64,000 nucleotides of DNA, from positions 6,455,672 to 6,519,671 of the forward strand of contig JBNZDD010013696.1 in the NCBI GenBank assembly GCA_050575255.1, in the 5' to 3' direction. The notes beneath the pieces are model-generated. The model saw nothing but the letters and a program-made list of their open reading frames with translations, had not been told where the DNA came from and ran no database searches. Shown piece after piece: positions 49,061 to 61,059 of the stretch. The position numbers were made by a program, and so were the translations under genes. The DNA comes from Harriotta raleighana (lineage: Eukaryota). The stretch's first letter is position 1, and every line of letters starts with the position of its first letter.

Positions 49061-50298
49061 ACCTCTGCTCCCACACGGATCCCACACTGACCTCACTGAC
49101 TCCACTCCCACACTGAACCTCACTGACCCCACTGCCACATTGAACCTCACTGACCCCCTTCTTCACTGACCCTGCCAGAACAACTCACCGCTGTTTGTCT
49201 AGTCGCTCCTGTTTATCTCTCGCCCTCTAGCCTCAAATCGACTGGTAAGTGCTCACCCCAGTCCTGCTCCTATTCTACAAAGCTTTCTGGTTCCCGTAGC
49301 TCTCACCTGCTCGCATTTCACATGTTGAAGTATTTATGAAGTTTAGTATTACAATTCAAGTTTAAATTACTCTAACTATTTCCAACACAAAGCGCAAAAA
49401 TATTTTTGAAATACATTTATGTCAGCCCATGAGAGCTGTAAACCACAATTATAGCTAATTGTTTCAACCTGTGTATTCCAATGATGTGGTAGTTAGGCAG
49501 TTCCCTCCCTGAGCTAAATTTATAATTGTGTTTCAATTAAATAAAGGGATAGAAATAACATTTAATGTGCTTTGGAATTTTAAATTGACTGAATACTTTC
49601 TTAGTTGATCAAATGAATGTAGGCACACCTCTTTTAATTGCCATAGTAATAAATAGACTGAATATGATCAGTTTAGTTAATTATCAAAGGAAAGCTTCAA
49701 AATATTTTTTATTATGGTGTTAACGTGACTATAAAAACTGACAGTAAAACCTGGGAATCGCGTGACAAAGTGCATCTTTTTTTGGAGCAAAGTTAATTTA
49801 CCATAATAGGAGATTTTAAGACATCCGCCAATTAATACTTTTGGGAAGGTGATGCTGTTTCAACATAGATCAATGTTCAATTTCAAATATTCTGCATTTA
49901 ATTCAATTTCAACAAAATTGCCTTCCTTTTTGGGAATTTCATCCCAATCTCCACCCAATTGTACCAATATTGTACTCAAACAGTTGTTGAATTCATTGTA
50001 TTCTACTGTTTTTCTACTATCTTATGGAAATAAATAATATTAATAATTTGCATTAATTTACTAAATCAGTTTGCAAAGGGTAGTTTCAGGGCAGACTCCC
50101 AAGAAGTATTTATTTACCCAGAGATCCATTAATGGCAGAAAGGGGTTGACTATGTTATTGAGGCCAGATCACTAGATTAAGAAACAGCTTGATGCTGTAA
50201 TGGGAGGATGGTAAGGTGCTTTTTCGGAAAGGATGAGATCAAGTGGGCTGAAGGGTTCTGTTCATCTGAATCAAACTTGTGATCTTCTGAAATGTGTA

Positions 50299-51220
50299 CA
50301 GGTATCTCCCGATTTACGACAAGGTTGCGTTCCTGAAAAATGGCACATAACTCAAAATGTCATAAATCAGTTTCCCATTATATAACCCGAGATGCATTCT
50401 TTTGACAAAATTTTCGGAGCTTAAACCCTCTAAAATAACACACAAAACAACAATAACAAGAACAAAATTACATTTATATAGTGCCTTTCACGTTAGGAGG
50501 ACTTCCCAAGGCGCTGGACAGGTTACTGCTTCAGACCCGAGCTAAGGGCAGGTGTGGGGAGGGGGGCGAAGTCGCCAATAGGTCCATCGAAGAGGAGAGT
50601 CTTAAGGTGAGCCTTGAAGGAGGCCAGGGATGATGCGAGGCAGAAGTACTTCGGGATGGCATTCCAGAGGTTGGGAGCAGAGTGACTGAAGGCTTGCCTC
50701 CTGATGGTTGGGCGGGTGTGTCGGGGGTCATGGAGCAGGCCAGAGTCTGCTGAGCGGAGTGGGTGGGCAGGTTGGTAAGGGGATTGGAGGTCGCGGATGT
50801 AGGGTGGGATGAGGTTGTGGAGAGCCAGGATCTTGAATTGGATCCTCTGGGTGATGAGGAGCCAATGTTGTTGGGCAAGGATGGGGGAGATGGGGACACT
50901 GAGTTTGGAACGGTAGAGGACATGGGCTGCAGAGTTTGGGATTAATTGCAGCCTGTGGAGGGAGGAATTGGTAAGACCGACCAGCATTTGCATAGTCGAG
51001 CCGGGATGTGATGAAGGCGTACATGAGGGTTTCAGCGGCTTTAGGGGTAAGGTAATGGCGGAGTCGGGAAATGTTGCGGAGGTGGGGAAAGGCAGAACGA
51101 GTCATTGCTTTGATGTGAAGGAGGAAAGACAGTTGTAGGTCGAACAAGACACCTAGGTTCATGACTGGCTTGGTGAGGTTGAGTGTGCAACACAAAACAC
51201 AAAAAATAACACACATAGGC
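50299..51220. mobile_element. CAGGTATC-family transposon left arm interrupted by an L2 3' fragment (50446-51185, -)
   Basis: TA|CAGGTATCTCCCGATTTACG; minus ORFs NLGVLFDLQLSF...FITSRLDYAN and PNLWNAIP...FKAHLKTLLF; transposon sequence resumes as caacacaaaacacaaaaaataacacac. Confidence 0.85.
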
Positions 51221-51239
51221 AAGAGTTAGTATCTAAAGT

Positions 51240-51581
51240 AATGACTTTGTGTGTTTTTTACCGCTAGCGGTATTACTGCTGCTCATTTCACTTACCGGTC
51301 TCTTTTCTGACATTCTAGAAATGTGGTAGAGGGTGTAAATTGCTCGAAATTGCGTGGTGTCGTTTCAAAAGCAGCTGGCTTTTAAAACACTAGAAAAAAG
51401 TTTTTACCACTAAAAAAAAGCTTTTACGTACTGCTAAAAAAAACTTTTAACATTAAAAAAAACTATAAAGAGTATACTTACAAAAGAGCTAAGTCCACAA
51501 GCTGAGTACCAATCGCGATAACGCCCTCTAGAGGTGGGAGGCTAATTTGGGTCACAGCAAAAAAAAGGTTGAGAACCACTT
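51240..51581. mobile_element. hAT-like right-end fragment
   Basis: Ends gggtcacagcaaaaaaaaggttgagaaccact, a Charlie-type TIR; no left TIR seen. Confidence 0.5.
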
Positions 51582-53019
51582 GTAAATGGGGGGATACATA
51601 TATCTGATTACATCTATTTTACCTACATCTCTCTTGATTTAACAAGCTTGTTAAGGTAGCCACTCGATCCTTTATTCCATTAAATTCAGCTCTTCCCATG
51701 ACTTTGGGCTCTAAATCGTATTTGGTGTTTTGCCCAAACTGCATACAGCATTCAAATGTCATCTGTCAATGATTTTATCAAATGTTAGAATAACCTATTT
51801 TGAGATTTTGTTGGTCATTTTAAAGCACATCAATGTGCAAATAGGTTCTGTTGAATCACTTTCATTTTTTGAAGGTCAGACACCTGTCACTGTTAACAAA
51901 AATGAGTTTTGATGCAAATAGAATGAAATCTTTAGACAGCACGATTGATTGACTAAACTAAAACATTTTTCAGTGTTCTTTAGAAGTGCATATGGTAATA
52001 TTGGCTGCAGGAGGGTAATTCATCTTTGTCTGACTCATTGCTTTGCTTTATCAATTATATCTGTGAACATGAGCTGAATTTAGAACTGAAACTGCAGGAA
52101 GCAGATTGTCCTTAAAATGAATGCTATAATGGTTGCTGATCTCCAAGATCTCAAACATGTATTTTATTATGTCAAAAGAGCAAGAAAGCTATGAAGCAGT
52201 ATATTTACTCGTGTTCTGTGAGGTGTTGCATCTTGTATGTCAATTTCACATTAGTTACTATCTCTAGGTGAGCATTACTTTTATCCTTTTAAACCTCCAG
52301 AGGGATGCTTATGATTTGCATTTTAAAAAGATTTTACTTGATCTGACAAATTTGCTGTGAATAACTTAATTTAAAATCATTTTTAGCCCATGTTGCCTAA
52401 TCCAAAAAAGTGTGATCTGAATCAAACCTTTTTTAAAATCCAGTTGCTGTCTGACCTCAAGCAATGCATCAAAAAAACTCAATGGTTTAATTTATTCATA
52501 AGAATATCTGAAGACAATAATCCTTTAAAATCACTCGAAACGTCAGTTGCAAGAGTTTGGCCTAAATTTATCTAAGCTTCATTTTAAAAATGACATAAAT
52601 AATTTATCCACATAAATAAATTGTGTAATTCTACATCCCATAAACAGTGATATCAGTGAAATGTAATCACATTTAGGTGGTCATGCTATTTTGATGCTGT
52701 AACAATTTCTGCTCCCACTTTAAACAAAAAGGTGAAAAATGATGAATGCTGGAATCTAAACATCAAAGAGTAGAAATTATCTGTGTATGTTGCATTAAGC
52801 AGAATGTTTGTGTCATTGATCTTATAATATGTAGCCATCAAAAGACAATAAAAACTATGAATGCTCTACAAAAGATGATGATCCTAACTCTGTGTATATG
52901 AACTACTGATTATAGTTATGATGAGACTTCCTTCTTACGCATTCATGTTTTATGTCCTTGTCCATCCATCCCTACCCTTGTTTACTTATTGAAACAACTT
53001 TCTATCTTGTTTTCGCTTT

Positions 53020-53390
53020 AATATCCTTCCTCCCCCACATCCAGTTCCTCACCAGCACCGCTTTCTTCCAACACATTACCCGTCTTCACCAATATTTAAC
53101 CCTAAAAGCTGCTGAACTCCTGTTTCCATGTCTTTGTCACCTCTCGGCTGGACGGTTCCAATGCCCTCCTCGCCGGTCTCCACTCTGCCAACATTCATAA
53201 AATTCAGGTTATTCAAAATTTTGCCGCCCACATTCTCACCTGAACCAAACTTTGCTCTCCAATTACCCCAGTCCTTGCCAGACTGGACTGGCTCTCTGTC
53301 TCAGAGCAGATCGATTTCAAGATCCTCACTCTTGTATTCATATCCCTCCATTCCTCTGCACCCCGCTACCTCTCTGACCTCCTCGCTAAT
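53020..53390 (+). mobile_element. L2 ORF2 fragment
   Basis: SFLPHIQFLTSTAFFQHITRL; homologous to 43850-44090. Confidence 0.8.
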
Positions 53391-54310
53391 AGAATCTCAG
53401 GACTTCAGATCATCTATACAGCATAGTCTCTTTCCCTCATTTCCTGTTTGATGAACTTAAATGCTTCCAAATAAATGAAGGCACAGTCAAGAGAGGAGGC
53501 ATAATCAAGAGGTGTTTTCATAAAACCACTTAGCTTGTCATTGTGAAAACTGTCTGGCGAGTTGCTTACTATTTGTCCAGCAAAAATCACCCTACCTGTT
53601 GGTGCTTTGGTATGCAATCTGGTTTTCAAACATCATCTGTATGTAGGATTCGTGGAAAGAGGCACTTTATTTGGGAACTTGCATCTTCAAAAGCTTGACT
53701 ATTATTTCTTAAATGTGGACAGGGGTAGTTGAAATTCAGAGGTATCGATGGGTCAGTTAACTTGAAAATCAGTCATCTGGATTATTTCTATCAGTTGAAA
53801 GGTTCGAATCAAAGTTGTTCTCAGGAATTCCTGGCTTCCAAGCAATGAAAGGTGCTGGTATCTCTGCACCAGCTGTAGGTGTAAACATGAAAGTGTTCTT
53901 GAATATCCTAAAAAGTGCAGCCTTCAGCAGTGCAGTGGCCGCGTGTGATATTCCGCACTGTTGAATGTATCTTTGTATTTTATTAATTGATACCAGAGGA
54001 GTAGGCGAGGAGCAAAGACAGTGTTTTCCTCCCCCCAACACCCCCACCCCCCCCCCACTCTATTCCAATCCAATCCCCTCCCCCTTATTGTGAAGGAGGA
54101 GAATCAAAGGGCAGGTCATTTTTGTTTCACAAACATGTATCTTAACAGTTGACTAAAGTGTACATTGGTGGTGCCCTACCTGCCAATCTCACGTTTGGGA
54201 ACGGCACACAAGAGGAGGGGAAGCTAAAGATACAAGGGTTGGAGAGTTGGAAGATTTAAAAAAGAAACACTAAAAAAGTAGTCTTAGCGTAAAAACTGTA
54301 CTTTTTTTCT

Positions 54311-54730
54311 CCCCCTCCAATTTTCCCCCTTATCCCTCCCTTCCTGAAGGAAGTGATTCATGCTGCGATACAGTTCCTCAGGCAGCAACAGCCCTCTGGT
54401 TCCTCACTCAAGTGACCATTCTTCATGTGTAATCTGGATGGTAAGTGTTGGCAGGCTACTTGATCATGGAGGACACTACAGCCGAGCCCATCCCTGTCCT
54501 CACTCAGCGTCCACACACATGCACGTCAGCAAGGGTCACTGGATAACAAACAAGAGAGGAAACGCCAACTGAGTTTCTCCACTCGCCCCCCCTCCCCCCC
54601 CCTCCCCCCCACCAAACTCCCAATGCAGAGATCCACAGTCAATTCTAACAATTCCTCCATCATCCCAACTGAGATCGTCAAATTCAACACAAACCTGGGA
54701 CTTTCTTGCTTTGAAGCCTCAGTGTCACAG
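54311..54730 (-). mobile_element. Ancient AmnSINE2-like SINE, copy 2
   Basis: Reverse complement of the 13300-13675 family (caagtgaccattcttcatgtgt, cagccgagcccatccctgtcctcac). Confidence 0.6.
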
Positions 54731-55069
54731 TCTGTGGCTATAACTGCTTTCCAGAAAGTTGCACATAAATGTTGACAAGACAGACCATTTGACTAAGCTC
54801 CGACTTGCGCTGAGAGGCTGCCACTACATGAATGAGGTAGTTTCAATTGTTGTAGCTTGCTGGGCTCACTTCCCAATGGTCTGTTAAAAGTTGTCAGGTT
54901 TGATGGACACCCTGAAAACCTGCAATAGATAATTTCTTTGACTTTATTAAAGTGCTGCTCCTACACACAATCCCCAAACTAAGGGAGTTTATGCTTCCAA
55001 TTCTAATCTATGAGATATTAAGCAGTAAGTATAAAGTGGGCATCATGCTCCACATTGCAGTATACAATA

Positions 55070-55372
55070 ACTTCAACAACAACAAAATTACATTTGTATA
55101 GCGCCTTTCACTTCAGGAGGATGTCCCAAGGCACTGGGCAGTTACTGCTTCAGACCAGAGCTGAGGACGGGGGTGGGGGGGGAGGTGGGGGAGGGAAGTG
55201 GGGGGATAAGGAGTTGCCGATGGATCCATTGAAGAGGAAAGACCCAAGGCGAGACCCGAGGAGGCCAGGGAGGGGGCGAGGCGGAGGGACTGTGGGATGG
55301 AACTCCAGAGGTTGGGGGAAGAGTGGCTGAATGCTTTCCCACCAATGGTGGGGCGGATGGGTTGGGAGACTT
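55070..55372 (-). mobile_element. L2 3' end (tail type a)
   Basis: (CAA)n aaattacatttgtatagcgcctttcac...; homologous to 50446-50720. Confidence 0.85.
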
Positions 55373-55646
55373 CCGTCTGAGCAATATAAACACAATACAG
55401 CTGACTTTCCTGCTCAAAAGATTTTTGTCGCTATTAGGATCAAGTCTCAAAAGTTACTTTTGAATACCTAGTGCTGATTTAAGTTGCAAAATATAAGTAC
55501 AGTGTTAGGTTTGGAAACTTGAAAAATATATTTTGGATTTGTGCATTGAAAGTATTATTTATTAAAAGCTTCAATAATGCGTAGTCTTATTTTATTTTTG
55601 TCTATGTTGCGTATTTTCATTGACACACTCATTGCTGTCTTTATAG

Positions 55647-55738
55647 CAACGGACTTGTACTTCGCACAAACACTTGAAGGACGATCTGTTCCATTTGCCA
55701 CAGCTGGAGACTGTTACAGTGCTGCCAGATGCCCGCAG
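55647..55738 (+). CDS. ADAMTS9: ADAMTS9-like exon, GON domain ([31 protein letters not shown])
   Basis: ctttatAG acceptor and CAG|GTGACG donor; 92 nt, phase 1-0; [14 protein letters not shown] motif. Confidence 0.95.
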
Positions 55739-57949
55739 GTGACGTAGTTACTTATCCACTCTCCACTACATATGGTAATTCAGTATTGTGAAAGTTCACA
55801 AATTGCATGCCAAAAGGACAGGAACAAAACCAGAAAAAAAATCTGCAGAATAAATATTGGCCAAGGATGAATTATGGTGACGTTTGCAGTCGTTTTGTAC
55901 ACATGATAGCTGTAACTCCCTTGCCCATGGAAATCCAAAGCCAAGTGAGGGCTCCTGTGTTTATTAACTTATTACAGTAAAAGCCTGTTTATCCGGCACT
56001 CACTGGCCAATGCCAGTTAAACGGTTGGATCCGATGCCGAAAACTGAAAGAGAATCTGGAGTTGGTTGTAATTTCATCTTTTTGTAGCTCTCTAAAATAA
56101 TATTGGTTCATTTGTTAAACTGTTGGCATTTTGCAGAAATATTATTCCTTCCCTACAGCATTTTACAGCTGTAAAACACATGTTAGACTGGGAAGAGCAC
56201 CTCATTATCCAAATACTTATTATCATTGCTTTAAGGATTTAGATTAATCTGTGAAGCATCAGTTGAATAGTATTTGCAATAGGATGCACTGATTGGGTAT
56301 GTAGCTTTCCTATTATTAGCACATTAATACCATTGTAATGCCATATAAATTTCCTTTTTGATAGAATTTGACATCAGTGCAGTTGTCTTTTTATTTTACA
56401 GTTTGCATTTCATTACTGGCACAAATTATCTGTGTTTACACAAGTGATTGTTCCTATGCATCCATCCAGTTATAAAGCAGCTCACACTGATATTTGTACA
56501 TAAATGGCTGCATCTGGTGAAAGGGATCTGTTCATATAATTCCCCAGGAAACATATGCTAATATGAAAAGACATCAGAAAATGATTACAAATGAAGCAGA
56601 CTATTACCCCACACAGACAATATTCTATTCTGGGCACAGCAGCACACAAATATCTTATTATCTCAGTCTGTAATTACCTATCATATACGGATCTTTTTCA
56701 ACCAGTTATTTATCCAGGTCTTTAGTGAAATACTTAAAGCGACATCAACAATCTTTAGAGTCAGTTCCAATGATTTACTATTCTATGCTAAATGTTTTCT
56801 TCTGGTCTAATTGAGTCTTTTCATTTTTGAACCTCTGCACTTAAATACTGCTTTTACAGTTTAAATCAAATAACATACTTACATACTTGCTTCTCTTCTT
56901 TTGAATGTCCTTCAGTCATTCCTCCAATGGAAGGGTATGTCACCCTCTTCTGAATCCAGGAAGAAATGAACTGGCTTTTTTTCCCTTAATTGTCTCCAAT
57001 ATTTTATAATCAATATTAATTATTAACATTTTGGTCTCATTTATGAAGCTAAGGTGCTCATATCTATAAATAATATAGCTGCATATAGCCTCAGAAGTTA
57101 AATATTATACAAGATAGAATAAGTTTGGATATATGGTTCAATGTATTACTACTAATAATAATCCTTGCAACTCATAGCACCATTTGTCATGAGTACTGGT
57201 ATGTCTCAAAGCACTTCACATAATTTACTGTAAAGCTTTCTCTTGCTAAGTATCATACTTGTTTATAATTGCTTCACTTATCATCTGATTTCCTTGCATT
57301 GATATTGGTATTGCTGTTCCGAAGCCTACATCCTAACATTTATATACAATAAAATCTATATGCCATTCCTTAATATATCTGCATAATTGCAACGGATCAC
57401 TTCTGAGTGCAGATTGGAAAAAGGTATCAATAGATGGCAGACTCATGTGGATTTGTACTCCGGGATGACTCAGCAGCATCCGGAGAGCTGGAAAGAAATA
57501 TTGGATCATTAAAATTGTTGGCACAGGCCTACCAAGCAACATGATGACGTCCCAATATCTGTAATAACACCTTGTTGAAGTCTATTTATAATGCACATGG
57601 AAAATCATAGCTAAATGTTTCCATCCATACTAATAAAGCCAAAATGTCTGTGTATCAGTGTATCCAACAGTCATACAATAACTGATTGACATAGAGACAG
57701 TTTATACCTCATCAAAAAGGTCTTGCAACTGGCAGTGTCATGAGCATATTTGTTTGGGGATCTCCTATCATTGATGAGCTATATTAAAAATGCCTTCATT
57801 AAGCCCCAAAATATGAGGTATGCATCGTATTCTGCAAGTGCATAGTGACAGAGGAAAGCACACACCATTCAGAGAGAGACACCTATATTCTGCAACAAAT
57901 GTACGGCATTTTTCTGGTTGTCATTGGAACTAGAGTCGTCCCATGTAGG

Positions 57950-58375
57950 ACAGACAGCGAGAGAGAGTGAGACTGAGATAGTAAGGAAGAGAGAGAGACT
58001 GAAAAGACTGTGAGAGCGAATATATTATAAAGTGTAGTAACTAATACTTTTGTGGGAGCGACAGAGCAAGACTGAGAGAGACTGAGATAGTGAGTGTTCC
58101 ATATTCATTATGAGAATAAGCACCATTTGACTAGTACCAATAGAAGGTGGATCAGGAGGTAAAAAAGCAGGATTTTTGGCTGGATTGTTTTGGATCTGTA
58201 AATAGTGAGCTGAAAATAAGAGTGTTCTATACATCGTTAGTTGAGAACATAATAGTGAGAGAATGAGAGCGAGACAGATAGACCGACTGACCGAGATTAG
58301 GTGAGACAGAGACTGGATGAGAGAGCGATTGAGAGAGAAAGACAAAGAAAGACTGGGAGAGAGACTGAGAGAAAA
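57950..58375. repeat. GA-rich low-complexity tracts
   Basis: gagagagactga-type runs; source of the spurious minus ORF 58025-58501. Confidence 0.7.
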
Positions 58376-58625
58376 TATATTAAAGGAGTCCACAGGAGTC
58401 CTCCCAGCTGAGTATGGATGAAGATAACATTTCTGTGTGTCTTGTCTGTATGTCAATCTACATTCCATTTTGGATCCTTCGGTTGCAAGTGAAGCAGCCA
58501 CAGGTACATCTAGTTAATAATAATTATGCTAGAATTTGCTATAGCCCCCTCTCACTTTGGGCGGATGTCTATAAAGTAGTGACTGTGTATTTTGTATGTT
58601 CGTATCAAACTTTGTTTAACGCTCA

Positions 58626-59219
58626 TGGAGTCCTGTAGCTTCGTGATTAGAGCACTCAACTCACAAATGAGAGGACTTGGGTTTGATTTCCGGACAGGAT
58701 GAAATGTTGGCCAGGTTTCCTTACTCCACACACCTCTGCCTTTCTAGCAGTAAGGGAGGTGGTTGTTAGTCGATTGGCGGATTGCTCTTTCAGGGGTAAT
58801 GTTCCTTTCAAATAAATAATTATAATAAGGTGGTCACTCAATCCACAACTAATTGCAGGACACTTCTGTGCACAATTGACTACTGTGTTTCGCCCACAAA
58901 ATATACAGTCAATTCATATTATAGAATCTTCTGTGAAGCATTTTGAGCTATTTAGAAGATATGTTAAAGTACTATGTCAAATAATGATAACAAACCTTGC
59001 ATTTGGTATTGTGCATTTCACATCTTCTAGATGTTTCAAAGCACTTCACAGAATACTATTATAAAGTGAATTGACTATATTTGTGGATGAAATGCAGCAT
59101 TCGATTGTGCACAGCAGTGTCCCACAAACAGTCGTAGATCAAAGTGACCAATTTATTTATTTTTTTCTTGCTGGATTATTATTAAACGTGTGGAGAAAGA
59201 AATGCAAGGATTATTATTA
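58626..59219. mobile_element. Older long-CORE SINE(+) with a SINE(-) inserted in its tail (about 58981-59197)
   Basis: Plus copy stops at ctatgtcaaat and resumes as aaatgcaaggattattatta at 59200. Confidence 0.8.
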
Positions 59220-60474
59220 GGTTTGTATTAAAATCACAATATGTTGTCAAAATTAGTCTTTCTCCGACTATCTGTTCAGACTGCTCCATATTAATCATTT
59301 TGCTTCATGCTTTAAGGTCACAATCAATATACTTCAATGTTCTCTAAATCAGATGGGGAAGGTCTAGATAATCATCCTTCATAATATAATAAAAGTATCC
59401 CAGTTAATATGTTTACAGTAGAATTTGTTTCAACATAATTACTAAAGTGCTTCAAGCTCTGTGATTTTCACTGGCACTGTGCTAATATAAATTCAAATAA
59501 TTAAATTGATTAAAATTTAGCATGAAAATAAATTTGCTGTGATTTATTTTTCATAATCTCTTCTGGCTATATGTGTTCTTATTAATTCATTTGAGGGAGA
59601 ACAATGCTCAGCTTGCCTTGTTAGGTATTCAAAATGAAAGGTTTGGATTGCGCTGCATTTATTTAAATCGGGAATAATTCCAATAACTTGAAGCATGCTG
59701 GATCATTCATTTGTTGGCATTATTGCAGTAGAACACCATCAGTGCCCCCTACAGATTGTACTGAAGCAATGCTGTCTTTACCATCTCCACAGAGGTTTCA
59801 AACTTGAAATGTAAGCAGCTGAATTTCTGATCCTCTTACCCTGTTGTCATACAATACATCATATTAATTATAATTAAACTGTGACAGACATACAATACTG
59901 TTGCACTCAATCCAATAATTACCAGTGCCACCGTTTAAAAGTGTGGATGTATTACAATGGTTTAAGGTAAATTGAGATGCATTTAACCTCAGGGTTTTTT
60001 TCCTCTTTATTATTACAGCATTTACCGTATTCATTTAAACAGCCTGAATTGCAAGCACTGTAAAGGTTTCAAGTATTCTCTCCAACCCTGTACTTACTGA
60101 GGTTCATAATAGTGAAGAAATCAGGAAAAGCCAGTCCATTTACCTCATAATTAACAGTTAATAAATTGATTTGTCCATACAATAAATGAGAGTTTGAATT
60201 TCTGAGTTGTTTTTAAACAATGCCCACTCCATTGTTGACAATTATAACTTAGAACTTGAGGAAGGAAATAAACTCCTTTTTATTTAATTCCTTGAAAAAT
60301 GAACAGTCCCTGAGATAATATCCTAAAACCAAAACTCATTGCTAACATTCTTATAATCTGATTTAGCCCACCGTGTATTTGGCCAGTGGTCACTCTGTTA
60401 GCTTTTCACTGATGTAAGTAGTAATATGGCACCAGTATTCATGACAATCTGTAAGGTCACTGCCAGAGTGAGGG

Positions 60475-60625
60475 ATAACAACAACAACAACTTGCATTTA
60501 TTCAGCGCCCTCCATGCCAGGCAGCATCTCAGAGCGCTTTACAGTGGTGGAGCCCGAGCCTGAGCCAGGGGGAGGGGGAAGGTGACCGTAAGCGCAGACA
60601 AAGAGAAAGATCTTCAGGCGCGATC
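60475..60625 (-). mobile_element. L2 3' end (tail type b)
   Basis: (CAA)n cttgcatttattcagcgccctccatgccaggcagcatctcagagcgctttac. Confidence 0.8.
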
Positions 60626-61059
60626 TGTAGATAGGTTAGGAATGTTTGGAACGATGAGGTGATTCTGATGAAACGAGCTAGACTTCAAGACTTCCACATT
60701 CAGATTACAATAAAGGATATTCCACACTTCTGTAAGTCTATAACATTTTAGATAAAGTTTCCTTCAGACTAACGAGAACGATTTATATGTATAGAGTGCC
60801 ATTCACATTTTGGAGCAATTCAAAATAACTGGAAATTTCAATCTATAGAACATAGAATGGAAAAGACCATTTGAATTCATCAAATTATTTTGCAGAATGT
60901 ATTACAAAGTGAAATTGTTTAAAATGTCCTTGTAAGTGGCTGGCATCAGCATCAAACAGTACATTTTAATTCACTGTTTATTTGGGTTAATTTTATCACT
61001 GGTTTCTGATTTGGTGAAGTAATGTTCAATGTTATCAGAGTACAAGCAGAGATGCGGTT

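Noticed and set aside
53769-54047. 92-aa minus-strand ORF in unique sequence
   Set aside because: No recognisable domain; starts in a homopolymer-rich tract; length compatible with chance.
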